From contig CAWCKY010000006.1 in assembly GCA_963796275.1 (NCBI GenBank), forward strand, positions 1,152,001-1,216,000: a stretch of 64,000 nt of DNA, written 5' to 3'. Both the position numbers and the translations under genes were made by a program. Under the pieces are notes generated by a model. It was not told the DNA's origin. It saw only the letters and a program-made list of their open reading frames with translations, and made no database searches. Source of the stretch: an uncultured Acidobacteriota bacterium. GTDB taxonomy: Bacteria > Acidobacteriota > Blastocatellia > RBC074. The stretch's first letter is position 1. Every line of letters begins with the position of its first letter. Positions 32,546 through 46,308 of the stretch are shown here, piece after piece.

Positions 32546-34465
32546 CTAGAACGAGAAGATAGTTGCGAATTCCGATCGGATATTGTGTGTCGACCGGCTG
32601 GGGATGCCACGAAATAGCGGCAACCCGCCGAAGGCCGCCGATGTGCTGTTCGCCGCGCGCGTGCGGTAATAAGATTGCTCGTAACCGAACGTCAGCCAGT
32701 TGTTGAACTTGTAGTAGATGGTCCCCGCCAGCATGTCGCCTTTGGCTCGATTGCCAAATCTGCGAACGTCACGTGCGAATGCCTGGTCTATACCATAATG
32801 CAGATAGAAGGTCCACCCTGCATTTCGCCCTTCGGGGTTGGCGTTGAAGATGCGCGAGAGCGGGATCCCGAGATTGACGAATCCCCCCTGTCCCCGCACC
32901 GGTAGTTGCGGGGCGATCGTCGGCACCCCGTCGAGCAGGCCGAACGCCATCATTGACGAGCCGTCAATCGATGGTCCCATTGCCACGCTCTCCAACCCAA
33001 AAGTATCGGTGAAATTCGAGAAGAACTGATTGGCGAAGTAAAAACGCAAGTCGGCGCCCCGATAATATTTCAATAGCAATGTCATGGCGCGCGTCGGCAG
33101 TTGCGCCTCGAGCGAATAACCCCAGCGATCGCTCTCCTGCGTCGCACCGTGAGGGAAATCCGCCAGATAGGCCGCAGGCACATTTGCCCTGGGGATAATC
33201 AGCTTACGTTTGGACCAGACCCAGCTCGCGATAATTTGCGCGGGCACAACACCTCTGGCTTTGTCGAGCTGCCACTGCGTCACGAAGCGTCCCTGCATTT
33301 CCGGTCTGCCGGAATCTGCCCCCTGGCGCTCGCCAAACCCTTCCTGGTCGCCCACATCCCGGGGCAAGTTGCCGAAGGCCGGCATCACAAGGGCAAACTC
33401 GGGCTGGAAGCTCAATCCACTCTGGTTGCCGGGCACCCTGTAGTTGACTCCGAATCGCGCCTGCGGCGCACGTTCATAGAGGGTGCCATAGCCCAGGCCA
33501 AGCCCTGTGATCTCTAAAATATTGGGCAGCGTCGAGGAACCGAACGGCGTCCAGTCCTGTCCGAAGAGCGCGAAGGCGCTTGTGCTCTCTGATAACAAGC
33601 GATCTATCCGGCCATATGCCAGGCGGATAGAAGGCTGACTTGAACGAATGGTCGCAATATTACGGTTGTTCGAGCGCGGGAAGCTCCCTTCAAAGTCGAA
33701 CTCGACCCTGCCGGTGAGCGCCATCCTGGGCGATAAGTCCGGCCACTCGAAATTTGCCCCCAACCGCAATGCGCGCGCCTTTATATGAAACTCAGGCGAT
33801 GCATCGGGCCCGGTATCGCCCAGAAACCCTGGCAGCGGAAAATCGTTCCCCATCGGTGATGACGTGTTATGCATTATGCTCGCTCTGATGAAGCCATAGA
33901 GTTTCAGCTTTCCACCGGAGCCGAGCTTGAGATCGGGTATCAGGCCATCACGCTTGATCGGGTCGCTCTGCAATACACGAATGGGCGCAGCCACTGCGAT
34001 CACGGGCGCCTGCGTAGCGGCCGGCGCGGGCGTAGCAGGGGCAGAGACCGTGGTAGGCGCTGGCGCAGGCGCTGATGGATTGAGCGCCGTTCCGGGCGTT
34101 TGCGGGGCCTGCACAATAACCGGCGCCTCCGGCCTCAGAGCTTCAAACTCACCGCGTGTGATGACCCCCTTGTTGAGTAATAATTCCGCGAGCCTCTCAC
34201 GCCGTTCGATGGGCGTGCCGCTGCCGCCTAAGGATATTGCCTCAGCGTTGTTCAATATCCCCTTGCTCACCAGCACGCGAACCAATGGATCAACGATCGC
34301 CGCATCCGGAGTGGCCTCAGGCCCGTCCGCCGCCTTGGTCGGAACGTTGTTGCCTCCCGGCTTTTCCTTCCGTTCATTTTCACTGTATTGACCTGAAGCA
34401 AAGGTTGCGAGAAAACTTGACAGCACAAGCGCAATAAGCAGTGAAAGAGGTTTCACAGGTTGCAT
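32546..34465 (-). CDS. Putative outer-membrane porin (DcaP-like) with N-terminal helical and Pro/Ala-rich region
   Basis: Signal peptide; LVSKGIL/LLNKGVI repeats; LKLYGFIR, EFDFEG, RLAYG, GQDWTPF; terminal Phe. Confidence 0.7.
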   Translation of the reverse strand: MQPVKPLSLLIALVLSSFLATFASGQYSENERKEKPGGNNVPTKAADGPEATPDAAIVDPLVRVLVSKGILNNAEAISLGGSGTPIERRERLAELLLNKGVITRGEFEALRPEAPVIVQAPQTPGTALNPSAPAPAPTTVSAPATPAPAATQAPVIAVAAPIRVLQSDPIKRDGLIPDLKLGSGGKLKLYGFIRASIMHNTSSPMGNDFPLPGFLGDTGPDASPEFHIKARALRLGANFEWPDLSPRMALTGRVEFDFEGSFPRSNNRNIATIRSSQPSIRLAYGRIDRLLSESTSAFALFGQDWTPFGSSTLPNILEITGLGLGYGTLYERAPQARFGVNYRVPGNQSGLSFQPEFALVMPAFGNLPRDVGDQEGFGERQGADSGRPEMQGRFVTQWQLDKARGVVPAQIIASWVWSKRKLIIPRANVPAAYLADFPHGATQESDRWGYSLEAQLPTRAMTLLLKYYRGADLRFYFANQFFSNFTDTFGLESVAMGPSIDGSSMMAFGLLDGVPTIAPQLPVRGQGGFVNLGIPLSRIFNANPEGRNAGWTFYLHYGIDQAFARDVRRFGNRAKGDMLAGTIYYKFNNWLTFGYEQSYYRTRAANSTSAAFGGLPLFRGIPSRSTHNIRSEFATIFSF

Positions 34466-34843
34466 AGAGGTGCAATTCCTCCTTCCATGGTCGATGTAGG
34501 GGCGATTCATCGATTAGTTGTAGGTAACAAAATTTTGATGGTACTTCGTGCTGACGTTTATCCTGACAATCCCTGTGCCTCACTCAATCTACGGGTTGTG
34601 AAGCTTGTCACCTTACTGAAAGCAGAAGCTTTATGCATATGAGCGCATTAACCGAGATGTCGTGAGAGTCTCAATCGAAGGACAGGTGAGATGATTTTGC
34701 ATTGCTGAATTGGGAAGAAATTTCTCGCTCTGATATGTCAGAGTTTTCAGTGCCGTAGTTTAGATGACGGAATTCGAGACAACGAGAAATAAAGATAGTA
34801 GAGACAGGATATAGAAATAGGCCAGCTCGGAACAACGATTACG

Positions 34844-35233
34844 TCAGTCATCTCCGAGCAATTGCCGGACGTGAGCGACGAGCTCTTTAGGCGAGAAAGG
34901 TTTGGTAATGTAAGCGTCCGCACCGAGGGATAGCCCCTTCTGAATCTCCGAATCACGGCCTCTGGCGGTGACCATGATGATTCTGATCCCTTTCCATAGC
35001 GGGTTTGCGCGAATCTCACGACAAGCCTCGAAGCCGTCTTTGAGTGGCAACATGATATCGAGCAGGATGAGGTCCGGGTGTCCGGCGATCACCTGTGTCA
35101 GGACTTCCTCGCCATTGCGGGCGATCAGCGTCTGATACCCGTTACTCTCCATGAGGAACTCGAGTGAGGTGACAATATTCGGCTCATCATCGGCGATCAG
35201 AACTTTTCTAGTCATAAGCTCAACACTGCTCAT
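34844..35233 (-). CDS. Single-domain response regulator receiver
   Basis: VLIADDE, DLILLDIMLP, TA, GADAYITKPF; no output domain. Confidence 0.92.
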   Translation of the reverse strand: MSSVELMTRKVLIADDEPNIVTSLEFLMESNGYQTLIARNGEEVLTQVIAGHPDLILLDIMLPLKDGFEACREIRANPLWKGIRIIMVTARGRDSEIQKGLSLGADAYITKPFSPKELVAHVRQLLGDD

Positions 35234-35240
35234 ATCGACA

Positions 35241-38018
35241 TTATAGAATTCCGTCAGTATTTTCAATCGAGGGATGGCGCGTGTTTGTGACCGGCAGCGT
35301 AAATGAAAAGGTTGCGCCGGCCCCCGGTCTGCTCTCAACCCACAATCGGCCACCAAAGTGGGAGATGATCTGACGGCTGATCGGGAGGCCCAGCCCCGTC
35401 CCCTGCGGCTTACCATTGTGGTGATCACGCACCTGCCGAAATTTATCGAAAATGCTCTGCTGGGCATCCTGGTCGATCCCGGGACCGTTGTCTCGTACAT
35501 CCACGCGGATGTGCCGATTGACCTGATACACGCTTATGCTTACCTGTCCCGAGATCGGGTCACAAAATTTGACGGCATTTGAGAGCAAATTGAGCATTAC
35601 CTGCATGAGCCGGTCACGGTCAACGGTAATGGCCGGGGCGGTCTCCGGAATATTGACATCTAGACTGATGTTCCTCTCGTTGAACAATTGACTGGTGGTA
35701 GCGACCGATTCGCCGATCACCTCTTTCAGATCGAGCTCGATGGGGTGCCATTCAGCGTTCCCCGATTCGATCTTCGCCATATCCAGCACCTGATTGATGA
35801 GGCGCGATAAGCGCTCGCTCTCCTTGGTGATAATAGACAGAAACTTCAACCGCTTTTCTCGATCGATGTCGGGGTTATCGTGGAGGATTTCGGCGAAGGA
35901 GCGAATGGATGTCAGTGGAGTCCGCAGCTCGTGGGTGACGGTGAAGATGAAGTCATCTTTGAGGTGATCCAGCTCCTTGAGCCGCTCATTGGCAGCTTTC
36001 AGTTCCGCCGAGGCTACCTCCAGTTCATAAGATTTCTTCTCCAGTTCGCGACTGTAAGCGATAAACTGTGAGGCCTCGTCCAGGATATCCATGACTTCGC
36101 TGATACTGAGCGGTTCTTCAGCGGAGACGTTGGAGACGACGATACGAGCCGAGGAAGCGCCGATAACGCCCGCCAGCAGCATCTCCATCTCGTATACGAG
36201 CTTCGCATCGGCCTTCAGGCTCTGCCAGCTCTCGGCTCCGTGTTCCCTGGCGTAAGCCTCAAACACCTCATTGGCGCGGCCTGCCCCCAGGAACCGGCCG
36301 ACCAGCGAATGCAGGGCAGTGACGGAAGCCGTCCCACGCCAGAACCGCAAACCCGCGGGAACACAGGGATCGATCCGATAGACGTCCACGAACAACGAGG
36401 CCTGTGTGTGTTCCGTGGCAGTCTGTCTGGTGACCAGCGAGACTCCGATGTAAAAGCCGGCGTTTGCCAGCAGGCTCCAGAAGAGAGCGTGTGAGTGCGT
36501 ATCCCACCCGGTGAGGCCGAACAATTCGCCGGGCTTGAGCAGCGTCAAACCGAAGGGTCCGTGATCGAGGATGCTACGCGGCAACACGCCGGATTGCGCG
36601 AGCGGCGGCAGCATAAGCGTATAAAACCAGATGGCGAAGCCCGCGCCCAGCCCGATCCGCGCTCCTACCCGGGTGCCTGCTTTCCAGTAAATTCCCCCCA
36701 ACAGTGCGGGGCCGAACTGCGCCACGGCCGCAAACGAAACCAACCCGATCGATACCAGCGCATAAGCTGCTCCGGCCCATCTGAAATAGACGAAGCCCAG
36801 AAGCAGCAGCATGACGATCGTCACCCGTCGGATCGTGATCAATAACCGGCTCAGATTATGCTGCTCCGCCAGGCGCAGCTTCGACAAGCGCAAGAGCAGG
36901 GGTACCACCAGGTCGTTGCAGACCATAGTACTGAGGGCTATGGTTTCGACTATTACCATTCCGGTCGAGGCCGACATCCCTCCGATGAAGACCAGCATCG
37001 CTAACATCCCCTGATTTTCCGCCATCGGCAACGCCAGAACATAATAGTCGGGATCGATCCCTCCCTCGGGAAAACGCAGGAGCCCGGCAATTGCGATCGG
37101 CAGAACGAAGATATTGATGACAAGCAGATATAGAGGAAAGAGCCAGACCGCCCGCTTGAGGTGTGCCTCGTCCACATTTTCGACCACCGCCACCTGAAAC
37201 TGGCGCGGCAGAAACATGATCGCCATCATCGAAAGGAAGAGAAGCCACGCCCAGCTGCCGTAAGAGTTGCCAGCGCTCCCGAACGGCACGAACAGCTCTG
37301 TCAATCTGGGGTTCGCCTCAGCTTGCCTGAAGATGTCGCCGGCGCCATTGAACATTTGGAAGGTCACGAAAAGGCCGACGCCAAGAAATGCCAGCAGCTT
37401 GACCAACGATTCAAAAGCAATCGCCGCCACCATCCCCTCGTGCCGTTCCGTCGCATCCAGGTGACGCGTGCCGAAGAGGATCGCGAACGCGGCCATCAGC
37501 AATGCGACGTATAAAGCCTTGTCGCTGATCATTGGGGACTCAGCGATCTCAGCCGGGAGCGCAATGTTCGGGTGCTGCAGAAGCAAATTGAAGCTCGTCG
37601 AGACGGCCTTCAACTGGAGGGCGATGTAGGGGATCAAACCGATGACCGCAATGACGGTCACCAGCCCTCCCAGCAGTGCATCTTTTCCGTACCGGGAAGC
37701 GATGAAGTCCGCGATTGTGGTAATGCGATTGAGTTTGCTTATGCGGAGGATCTTGTGCAGAACCAGATACCAGAGCGCCGCCATGAGCGTCGGTCCGATG
37801 TAGATGGTCAGGTAGCTGACGCCGCTGTTGACGAGTCTCCCGACGCTGCCGTAGAACGTCCACGAGGTGCAATAGACTGCCAGCGAGAGGGCATAAACCC
37901 AGGGGTTGCCGATGATGCTTCGCCCTCTGTCGGCCCGTTTATCTCCGTACCAGGCGATGGCGAAGAGGACGCCCAGGTACGCGAAGGAGATGCCGGCGAT
38001 GACCCATCCCTGAAGCAT
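35241..38018 (-). CDS. Sodium:solute symporter (SLC5) fused to a histidine kinase, CrbS/CbrA-like
   Basis: YALSLAVYCTSWTFYGSVG, PYIALQLKA, LPRQF; STAC-like LAGVIGASSAR; H-box THELRTPL, NLLSNAVKF, DNGPG, GTGLGL. Confidence 0.92.
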   Translation of the reverse strand: MLQGWVIAGISFAYLGVLFAIAWYGDKRADRGRSIIGNPWVYALSLAVYCTSWTFYGSVGRLVNSGVSYLTIYIGPTLMAALWYLVLHKILRISKLNRITTIADFIASRYGKDALLGGLVTVIAVIGLIPYIALQLKAVSTSFNLLLQHPNIALPAEIAESPMISDKALYVALLMAAFAILFGTRHLDATERHEGMVAAIAFESLVKLLAFLGVGLFVTFQMFNGAGDIFRQAEANPRLTELFVPFGSAGNSYGSWAWLLFLSMMAIMFLPRQFQVAVVENVDEAHLKRAVWLFPLYLLVINIFVLPIAIAGLLRFPEGGIDPDYYVLALPMAENQGMLAMLVFIGGMSASTGMVIVETIALSTMVCNDLVVPLLLRLSKLRLAEQHNLSRLLITIRRVTIVMLLLLGFVYFRWAGAAYALVSIGLVSFAAVAQFGPALLGGIYWKAGTRVGARIGLGAGFAIWFYTLMLPPLAQSGVLPRSILDHGPFGLTLLKPGELFGLTGWDTHSHALFWSLLANAGFYIGVSLVTRQTATEHTQASLFVDVYRIDPCVPAGLRFWRGTASVTALHSLVGRFLGAGRANEVFEAYAREHGAESWQSLKADAKLVYEMEMLLAGVIGASSARIVVSNVSAEEPLSISEVMDILDEASQFIAYSRELEKKSYELEVASAELKAANERLKELDHLKDDFIFTVTHELRTPLTSIRSFAEILHDNPDIDREKRLKFLSIITKESERLSRLINQVLDMAKIESGNAEWHPIELDLKEVIGESVATTSQLFNERNISLDVNIPETAPAITVDRDRLMQVMLNLLSNAVKFCDPISGQVSISVYQVNRHIRVDVRDNGPGIDQDAQQSIFDKFRQVRDHHNGKPQGTGLGLPISRQIISHFGGRLWVESRPGAGATFSFTLPVTNTRHPSIENTDGIL

Positions 38019-38200
38019 TAGCCTTTCCTCTCAACAACCAGCGCCAAAAGGGCGATTACGAGCGCCCAGACTGCAAAGAGCCAGAAGTACATGGTCGGGA
38101 TCCCGATCACGGTGCCGGCTCGATTGAATAGAGACAGGATCGGATAGTTAAGCAGAAGGCATCCGAATAGAAACAGCGCGACCAATCGCTGGCTTATCAT
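38018..38200 (-). CDS. Small two-TM protein translationally coupled to the SLC5-kinase (CbrX-like position)
   Basis: AGGAGG RBS; QRLVALFLFGCLLLNYP; TAATG stop/start overlap at 38016-38020. Confidence 0.78.
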   Translation of the reverse strand: MISQRLVALFLFGCLLLNYPILSLFNRAGTVIGIPTMYFWLFAVWALVIALLALVVERKG

Positions 38201-38309
38201 AGACCTCCTTCGCTGACCGAACTGAAACGCGCGCGTTGGAACAGTGAAATTCACAGCGGATCGCCATAGATTGCGGCTGATCGGCAGGGATCATATCTAC
38301 AAATATGCA

Positions 38310-39743
38310 TTAATCCGTCGCATCCGCGCTGATCTGCGGTGAATTAACATTCTCAGGTTCTTTCGCTATCTGCGCGCCCCACTGTCTGAGCTTGCTGTAG
38401 AGTGTGCGGCGGTCTATACCGAGAATCTTGGCAGCCTTGACCTGATTGCCGCCAACCGATTCCAGGGTCCGCAAGACGTGGCGGCGGACGACCTCTTCGA
38501 TGCTGGCAGGCGTGAAGTCATCGGCGGCGACGCGCTCAAATGATTCCCCGCTGATGGTAGGCGGCAGATCTTCGACTCCGATCACCAGGTTGCCGAGCGC
38601 CGTAGCGAATGAGATAGCATTCTCCAACTCGCGGACATTGCCCGGCCAGTCGTGGGAGATCAGCAATTGCATCGCCTCCGGAGTCACACGCGGCGGCTCG
38701 CCACCACGTTCGCGCGTGCGCCGTTCGAGCATCTGCAGGATGAGTTCGGGGATATCATCGCGGTGCTCTCGCAAAGGCGGCACCATCAATGGAATGACGG
38801 CCAGGCGATAGTAGAGATCGCGCCGGAAACGGCCTTCTTTAACCGCGGTCGCCAGGTCGTGATTGGTGGCGGCCACGATGCGAGCCTGCACCGGAATGTC
38901 TTCCCGACCGCCGACGCGGCGGATGACCCGTTCCTGCAGGACGCGCAGCAATTTTGACTGGACGACGGGCGACAGCGAGTTGACTTCATCGAGGAAAAAA
39001 GTCCCCCTGGCGGCCGACTCGAAGAGACCCGAGCGAGTCTCGGTAGCTCCGGTAAATGCCCCCTTCTCGTGTCCGAAAAGTTCGCTCTCGATTAGCGATT
39101 CGGGAATCGCTGAGCAATCGAGCGCGACGAAGGGCGAGCTGTTGCGCAGGCTATGCTGATGAATGGCCCGCGCGGCTAACTCTTTCCCCGTGCCGGTTTC
39201 GCCGCTGATCAGGACCGTGTCTTCTGATGGCCCGATGCGTTCGATCAACTGGCGCAGCCGTTTGATGACCGTGCTCTTCCCCGCGATGTTGCGGTGGGCC
39301 CGGTGTGCGGCAACCTGTTTTTCCAGGTCGGCAACGCGCTGTTGTAAATTGCGATTGCCCAGCGCACGCTGTATGCGCAGCACGATCTCACTCATCTCGA
39401 ACGGCTTACTTATGTAATCATATGCGCCGCGCCGGATGGCGCTGACTGCAGCTTCGATCGAGCCGAAAGCCGTCATCATAATGACGATCGTCCGCGTGTC
39501 ACGTGCCCTCACACGATCGAGCAGCTCATTGCCGTCCATACCCGGCATCTTGATATCTGACAGAACCAGATCGTAGTTCTTCGCCTCGAGACGGCCGAGA
39601 GCTTCGGCGGCAGTCGCTGCAGTCCCCACTCTGTAACCTTCGGCAGTGAGAAATTTTTGCAGCACCTCCCGCATCTGGTCTTTGTCGTCTACAACCAGAA
39701 TGGAAGCCGGGCACGGGCGATGACCATCGAGCGATGACATCAA
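38310..39743 (-). CDS. Sigma-54-dependent NtrC-family response regulator
   Basis: Receiver (VVDD, SDIKMP, KPF), GETGTGKE, ESELFGHEKGAFTGA, DLYYRL, WPGNVRELEN, Fis-type HTH. Confidence 0.95.
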   Translation of the reverse strand: MMSSLDGHRPCPASILVVDDKDQMREVLQKFLTAEGYRVGTAATAAEALGRLEAKNYDLVLSDIKMPGMDGNELLDRVRARDTRTIVIMMTAFGSIEAAVSAIRRGAYDYISKPFEMSEIVLRIQRALGNRNLQQRVADLEKQVAAHRAHRNIAGKSTVIKRLRQLIERIGPSEDTVLISGETGTGKELAARAIHQHSLRNSSPFVALDCSAIPESLIESELFGHEKGAFTGATETRSGLFESAARGTFFLDEVNSLSPVVQSKLLRVLQERVIRRVGGREDIPVQARIVAATNHDLATAVKEGRFRRDLYYRLAVIPLMVPPLREHRDDIPELILQMLERRTRERGGEPPRVTPEAMQLLISHDWPGNVRELENAISFATALGNLVIGVEDLPPTISGESFERVAADDFTPASIEEVVRRHVLRTLESVGGNQVKAAKILGIDRRTLYSKLRQWGAQIAKEPENVNSPQISADATD

Positions 39744-40112
39744 ATCTCCGCTGTTATTTATACTACTTCAGGTACTTATCTAGAATGTGAAGGCTGCTAC
39801 GACGCTCTCAATAGCCGCCCCGCGTCCGCCAAATCCGGATTCGCCGATCGGGTTAACAATGCCCGCTTTTCTACGGTAGGGCACATGGCGTGCCATGACC
39901 ATTAATTCCTGCATCGGTTGCTGCGGTCTGGAGCCGGACGAAGATCGAAGTTATTATGGAGCTATTAGTTAACAGGGGGATTTCATTAAGCAGGGAACTA
40001 ACCGGACATCAGATTGTAGCTGTCTCATCTGATATTCCAGATTTCGGCAGGTATAATAACATCGTCCGCATGGTTGTCAAAAGTACGGAAAAACATTAAC
40101 AAACCCATCAAT

Positions 40113-41777
40113 ATGAACGAGCGAAGTCCACGATCAACGCCCCGATCTCGGCCGGCATCGGTCATCGGCAAAGGTAAGAGCCTCATCGCTCGGCGCAACG
40201 CCCAGTTCCAGGCGATCAACGCTGTCGCCGCGGCGATCAACGAACAACCCGGCCTCGTTCCACTTTTGGATCGGGCACTCGACGCGGTACTGGAGGCGAC
40301 CGAACTTAGCGGCGGGTTTGCGCATTTGCTTGACGATGAAGAAGAGAGACTCTTGCTCGTCACGCACCGCGGACTCGAACCGGTTGAAGGCGACCGGCAT
40401 TTCGCCCCGGGGGAAGGTATGATCGGGCGGGCGGCTGTGGCCGGCGAACTGCTGATCACGACGAATGAACCCGATGACGGGCGAAACTCGGCGCATACGG
40501 AACGACGTATCGGCGCGATGGCTGCCGTACCGCTGATCGCGCGGGGACGCGTGCGCGGAGTTATCTCCTTCTACCAGACAGATCCGCGACAGTTCACCGG
40601 TCACGAAAAAGAGATGTTGAGCGTCATTGGCCGGCAACTCGGCGTCGCCCTGGAACAATCCCGTTTGCTCGAAGAGGTCGACAAGTCACACAGAGAGTGG
40701 GAGCAGACCTTCGACGCCCTGGCTGACGGGCTGGCCATTCATTCACCTTCAGGCCGCATCCGTCTGGCCAATCGTTCCCTGGGCGGTCTCTTCGGCTTTG
40801 CCCCCGCAGCACTGGTCGGAATGCGTTGTTGCGAACTGTACCGCGAAGCGTCGAAGCCGCTGCCCAATTGCACGATTATGAAGACCGTGGCCGAACGCCG
40901 CGGACAGCGGGTCGAAATTCAGGAGACCGGACGCGTGCTGCGATTGACGACCGATCCGATCATCACGACTGATGGCAAGGTCAAGGGCGTCGTCTGCCTG
41001 ACGCGGGATGTGACTGAAGAGAAACTGATCGAGCGACGTCTTATTCATCAAGAGAGAATATCGGCGATCGGTGAATTGGCCGCCGGCATCGCACACGAAA
41101 TCGGCACTCCGCTCAATATAATCTCCGCCAATGTCGAATACCTCATCAGACATCAGAGCCGGCTGAATGAAGAGTCCTCGGGAATAGACGGGGAACTGAT
41201 AGCGATCCGCGACCAGGTGCACAATATCACCCGGCTCATCAGGCAGTTACTCAACTTCGCCCGCGATCAGTCGCCCGCTTTCGTGCCGCTCGACATCAAT
41301 GATCTGATCGAACGGACTCTGGAATTGCTCGCGCACCGACTCAACCAGGCGCATATCCACTGTCAAACAAGCCTCGATGTGAACGCTCCCAGCTTCAATG
41401 GAGACGCGGTACAGTTGCAGCAGGTCCTCTTCAACCTGATTGCCAATGCGCGTCAGGCGATTGAAGCGAGCGAACAAGATAGCGGCCTGCTCAGAATATC
41501 GACCGCCATTTCATCGACTCAGACAGATGAGCGTTCCCGCCCGCATATCCTTATTACGATAACCGACGATGGCCCGGGAATCCCGGAAGATATCTTGCCC
41601 CACGTCTTCAACCCTTTCTTCACCGCCAACAAGGAGGGCGGCACTGGACTCGGGCTGGCGATCTGCCAGCAGATCGTTCAGCGGCATTACGGGTCTATGA
41701 CCATCGAGAACGCCACCCCCCACGGTGCGATCGTCAAAATCTATCTGCCATTGCTTATAGAACGATCGAACATATGA
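40113..41777 (+). CDS. Cytoplasmic GAF-PAS histidine kinase (NtrB-like)
   Basis: GAF (GEGMIGR, AVPLIARG), WEQTFDA PAS, AGIAHEIGTPL, NLIANARQA, DDGPG, GTGLGL. Confidence 0.92.
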   Translation: MNERSPRSTPRSRPASVIGKGKSLIARRNAQFQAINAVAAAINEQPGLVPLLDRALDAVLEATELSGGFAHLLDDEEERLLLVTHRGLEPVEGDRHFAPGEGMIGRAAVAGELLITTNEPDDGRNSAHTERRIGAMAAVPLIARGRVRGVISFYQTDPRQFTGHEKEMLSVIGRQLGVALEQSRLLEEVDKSHREWEQTFDALADGLAIHSPSGRIRLANRSLGGLFGFAPAALVGMRCCELYREASKPLPNCTIMKTVAERRGQRVEIQETGRVLRLTTDPIITTDGKVKGVVCLTRDVTEEKLIERRLIHQERISAIGELAAGIAHEIGTPLNIISANVEYLIRHQSRLNEESSGIDGELIAIRDQVHNITRLIRQLLNFARDQSPAFVPLDINDLIERTLELLAHRLNQAHIHCQTSLDVNAPSFNGDAVQLQQVLFNLIANARQAIEASEQDSGLLRISTAISSTQTDERSRPHILITITDDGPGIPEDILPHVFNPFFTANKEGGTGLGLAICQQIVQRHYGSMTIENATPHGAIVKIYLPLLIERSNI

Positions 41778-42093
41778 CTCCGGACGGTCTAATCGCCTCA
41801 GACCGACAGCAGGAAAAAGAGATCGCGCGTGATGTCCTGGAGCAATTGCATAAGGAAAGGGGTAGGGAAGAGAGGAGGACATTCCAAGGTATATAGTATT
41901 TAGAAGGTAATGAGATGAAAGGAAAAGCTGCGGAGTGCCCTAAACATGCGATCTCCGCAGCCTAGAAGTGGTAATCAATCGATCGATATACAATTTAACC
42001 AGATAGGCGAACTTGTTAGAAAGAACATTTGGAATCAACCATGGCTACGAAGTGGCCGTGTAAGCAGATTGCTGCAATCGCACGTTTTAATGC

Positions 42094-45203
<3,110 letters not shown>

Positions 45204-45774
45204 GACAATGCCCCCAATAAGCGATGGAGATGAGAGTGAGCGGCACTCAGAATACGAGCTATATCATAACCTGAGTTGAAGGGATGCGCAAAACTGACAT
45301 CAGATTCCTTGCAAGGTCCTTCTACTTAGCTGAAATCCGGGGTTGACAAAACTTTGTTCGCACACTAGAAGTCATGCGGGTAGCGCGGAAATATGTAACA
45401 CCCAGACAACCTTGTGCAGTCGCTCTCTCTTGCGATGGAAGAATTAGGTTATGTCAGAAATCCAACCCATAGCGCACAGTCCGAAAAAGTAGACAGTTAC
45501 GAGGAATGTGAGAGCAATGACCCCCAAAGCAGAAGTTACATTGTCGAGCGAGATTTTTCCGGTAGCAAATCGGAATCGGACCTTTTGCCCCGCCAACCTT
45601 TGAGCGACCAGAGGGTCGCAATCCCAAACCAGATTGATTTGTAAAACGGACTGACTTAAAGATGGTAGGGCAAGGTATGTCTACTCCCTAATTTAAGATC
45701 ATAAGCCAGACGTGTGTCTAACTCCACTACGTTGAGATCGGCAAAAATCAAAACACTATAATAAGGAGTAGAAC

Positions 45775-46188
45775 ATGTACGAATGTGCCCCTTGGGCGGA
45801 AGTCTATCTATACGAATGGCTTATCACAGGGGCTTTTGCGGTGGTGCCGTCGACTTTATGTCTGATCAGTGACCGGAGCAGCTCAAACTCAGACCAAAAG
45901 ATACCAATGCCATGCCTCAGTCAACCAACTATCTCTGAATCGAATGAAGTTGCAGAGTTGCCATCTGGCCCTTCAACGATGGGGTTATTGGGTAGGTGGC
46001 AATATTTCGCTTACATCGATGGTTTTGCCAATTTGAGCGGAGTCTCTTCGTATACAATCGTAAGAAAAGCATACGACTCCCTAATGACACAGATCGTCGG
46101 CAAAAGCGCGCCTACTACCGTTGCAGTGAATGACTTGGATCAGACTCAAGCCAATGTCGGAGATCCATGCATTGCACCGAGGAAATAA
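45775..46188 (+). CDS. Hypothetical protein
   Basis: TAAGGAG RBS and a downstream hairpin; no recognisable domain. Confidence 0.45.
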   Translation: MYECAPWAEVYLYEWLITGAFAVVPSTLCLISDRSSSNSDQKIPMPCLSQPTISESNEVAELPSGPSTMGLLGRWQYFAYIDGFANLSGVSSYTIVRKAYDSLMTQIVGKSAPTTVAVNDLDQTQANVGDPCIAPRK

Positions 46189-46252
46189 ATACGAAAATCA
46201 GCCAACAGATTGCGAGAAAATCGGTGTATTGGGGCAGGACGGGTCACAGCAT

Positions 46253-46308
46253 TAAATAGACTGCGGAAGTGGCCACATCTCGGCCGTGGCTATTCCGCAG
46301 TCTATTTA
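46253..46308. terminator. Long hairpin between convergent ORFs; probable bidirectional terminator
   Basis: TAAATAGACTGCGGAA ... TTCCGCAGTCTATTTA (16-bp perfect outer stem). Confidence 0.7.

Noticed and set aside
35234-35500. N-terminal extension of the response regulator ORF 34844-35500
   Set aside because: It overlaps the kinase ATPase domain in another frame; the receiver fold begins near 35215.
41751-41765. 13/15 match (TTGCTTATAGAACGA) to the putative omegaRNA guide 50584-50598, at the end of the histidine kinase gene
   Set aside because: A match this short with two mismatches is plausible by chance in 64 kb on two strands; it does not extend further.
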